From Sphaeroforma arctica JP610 (taxonomy: Eukaryota), in NCBI RefSeq assembly GCF_001186125.1, contig NW_014040335.1, positions 51,357 through 96,788 of the forward strand: a stretch of DNA of 45,432 bases, written 5' to 3'. The position numbers and the translations under genes were made by a program. Below are positions 43,780 through 45,432 of this stretch, piece by piece. The first letter of the stretch is position 1. Each line of letters starts with the position of its first letter. The notes under the pieces are model-generated. The model ran no database searches, was not told where the DNA came from, and saw only the letters and a list, made by a program, of their open reading frames with translations.

Positions 43780-45100
43780 TTGTATAATATCCAATGCGAC
43801 CTGAGTTTTGCGAACACCATGCACAATTTGTAATCAGCTTTTTTGAACTACGCATTCGTTCCAGAATTTTTCTTGAGAATGCGAGAGCACAGTTCATCGC
43901 GATTAGTCTCAGAAAGTTCGAGGTTGCAGCACGGACGGTCATAATTCGAGACCGTTCTAATACTGATTTATGAAGACATATGCGTATACGTAGTGAGAAA
44001 GCGGTTGGACAAGGCGTGTAGTACTGATTGCAGTAGCAGGCAAATATGCGTGCATCTACACATTGCAATACTGTCGGAAAAATGATGGCGAGCATAGCTG
44101 CGCAAAAAAATGGGCGGTACTTGTTCGTGAGAATATCTACAAGCTTGTCACACGGTACAAACCCGTTCAATGAGAACACCCTTCCAGGGAAAAAACGAAG
44201 TACAAAAATCATGTGTAGAAACGTGATGTATTCCGATCATACATATTCTAAAGAAAGAAAGTCAGAGTATACAAAAGAACGGTATTTCGCAGGACCTCAA
44301 AGTTTGGAACGATAAGGAATAAGCATGCTATTTTTTGTTTGTAATTTACAATCAGAGATGTGTGAATTCACACCACCGGAGCCAGCCTTGTCGCGACTTC
44401 CCGCTACAATCGCTGTCCGAAACAACTTACGATCGTGAGGAGCTCGTTGGGCTTATTCTAACAATAATAGCATATATCTCTTTTTGTACGGATTCGGGGT
44501 AGTTTGATGCTTACAGTAGCTCATTAGCGGCCTGTGATGGCGCCCGAGAAGAATGTAATTACCGCCAATCCGGTGTATGATATTGATGTATACCAACTAT
44601 CAAGTGGACATTTCACGTCTTTTACTTTGGAATATCGATCGAAAATACAAAGAAAGAATACGACAACCCGAGGTGGGAGATTCACGAAAATGGGAGCAAA
44701 ATGTAGTTTCTAATTGGTTCGGCAACTAGTGAAACACGGAAACCCACATCAAAAAAGCAATCTAGAAGTTGTGATGAAGGTGTGTAACTGTCAGACTCGG
44801 AACTTCACACCGGAAATACCTATTGCAAGCTGATATGTGAATCACTGTAGGTTTATATTGTAGTAATCTGCATGTCGAGGGTCTAAATACTTGATAAGTA
44901 GTCGTACTGCAAAACGCACGGTAGTTAAACAATCGGTAGCCTATCAGGAAGTTGAGGCCGAATCGGTTTCATAGCTTTATAAATAGTGTTGGAAGCGAAA
45001 TTTCACTGTCCTAGTTCATAAACCCACCGGAAATTGATTGTGGAAGAGTTGGCTTAAATTAAGCTATTGACAATATTGTGCAACATGACTTGTTGTGACC
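43780..45100 (+). mobile_element. Probable heavily decayed Ty3/gypsy-type pol remnant (RT and RNase H)
   Basis: Frame-broken peptides occur in the expected order: LQSEMCEF (44346; cf. LNxxKCEF), PKQLTIVRSSLGLF (44417; cf. PxxxxxVRSFLGL), RNFTPEIP (44798), KRTVVKQSVAYQEVEAE (about 44912; cf. SRxLxxxExNYxxxExE) and NFTVLVHKP (about 44999; cf. FxVxTDHKP). Many stops, no intact YxDD, no LTRs seen, and boundaries are approximate. Confidence 0.42.
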
Positions 45101-45432
45101 CAAAATGTAATACGCTGTGATCTAGATGCATTGTTTAACCTGTGTGCAGGTTTCGAACATTCACATGTTACAAGCACATCGGCTATACAGTCGCGATTTA
45201 ACACCGATACAAGCGATACACCTACACAAAAACTTATAGTGACGCTGAATCACTCCATATCATCGGACATCCGGGTGTATTAGGGCCCAGAAGACTACTT
45301 CGAGTATATTCATTTTATAGTCCTTAGCCAAATGACGCTTAAATAGTATTGGTGCCATACAAGGCGTACAGACTCACAGCAATAGCACAACTACAATACA
45401 GTGAGTTGGAAAGTATTGACACAACCACTATA

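Overview
Eukaryotic, intron-rich (GT-AG) draft genome scaffold with four N-gaps flanked by (AT)n/(CA)n microsatellites. The gene content resembles a unicellular opisthokont or other protist; the taxon cannot be fixed from sequence alone. By hand-splicing I reconstruct eight recognisable genes: Pch2/TRIP13 AAA+ ATPase (-, runs off the left edge), an alpha/beta hydrolase (+), a protein O-mannosyltransferase without MIR domains (-), intronless JMJD6 (+), a class-I-like sirtuin (-), UDP-glucose pyrophosphorylase (+), a GT77-like glycosyltransferase (-) and uroporphyrinogen-III C-methyltransferase (+). Between 28.2 and 32.4 kb is a divergent pair of apparently unspliced ORFs: a repeat-rich orphan and a bZIP protein whose upstream region carries perfect AP-1 and CRE sites and four CCAAT boxes. 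The ten genes alternate strand as five head-to-head pairs. Other notable items are a 12-nt microexon encoding GPPG of the Pch2 Walker A motif, tandem copies of an exon/donor junction in the methyltransferase gene, several intronic minisatellites, and a probable decayed Ty3/gypsy pol at the right end. I found no CRISPR array, rRNA or convincing tRNA. All exon structures and family calls are manual and unverified by database search or RNA data.
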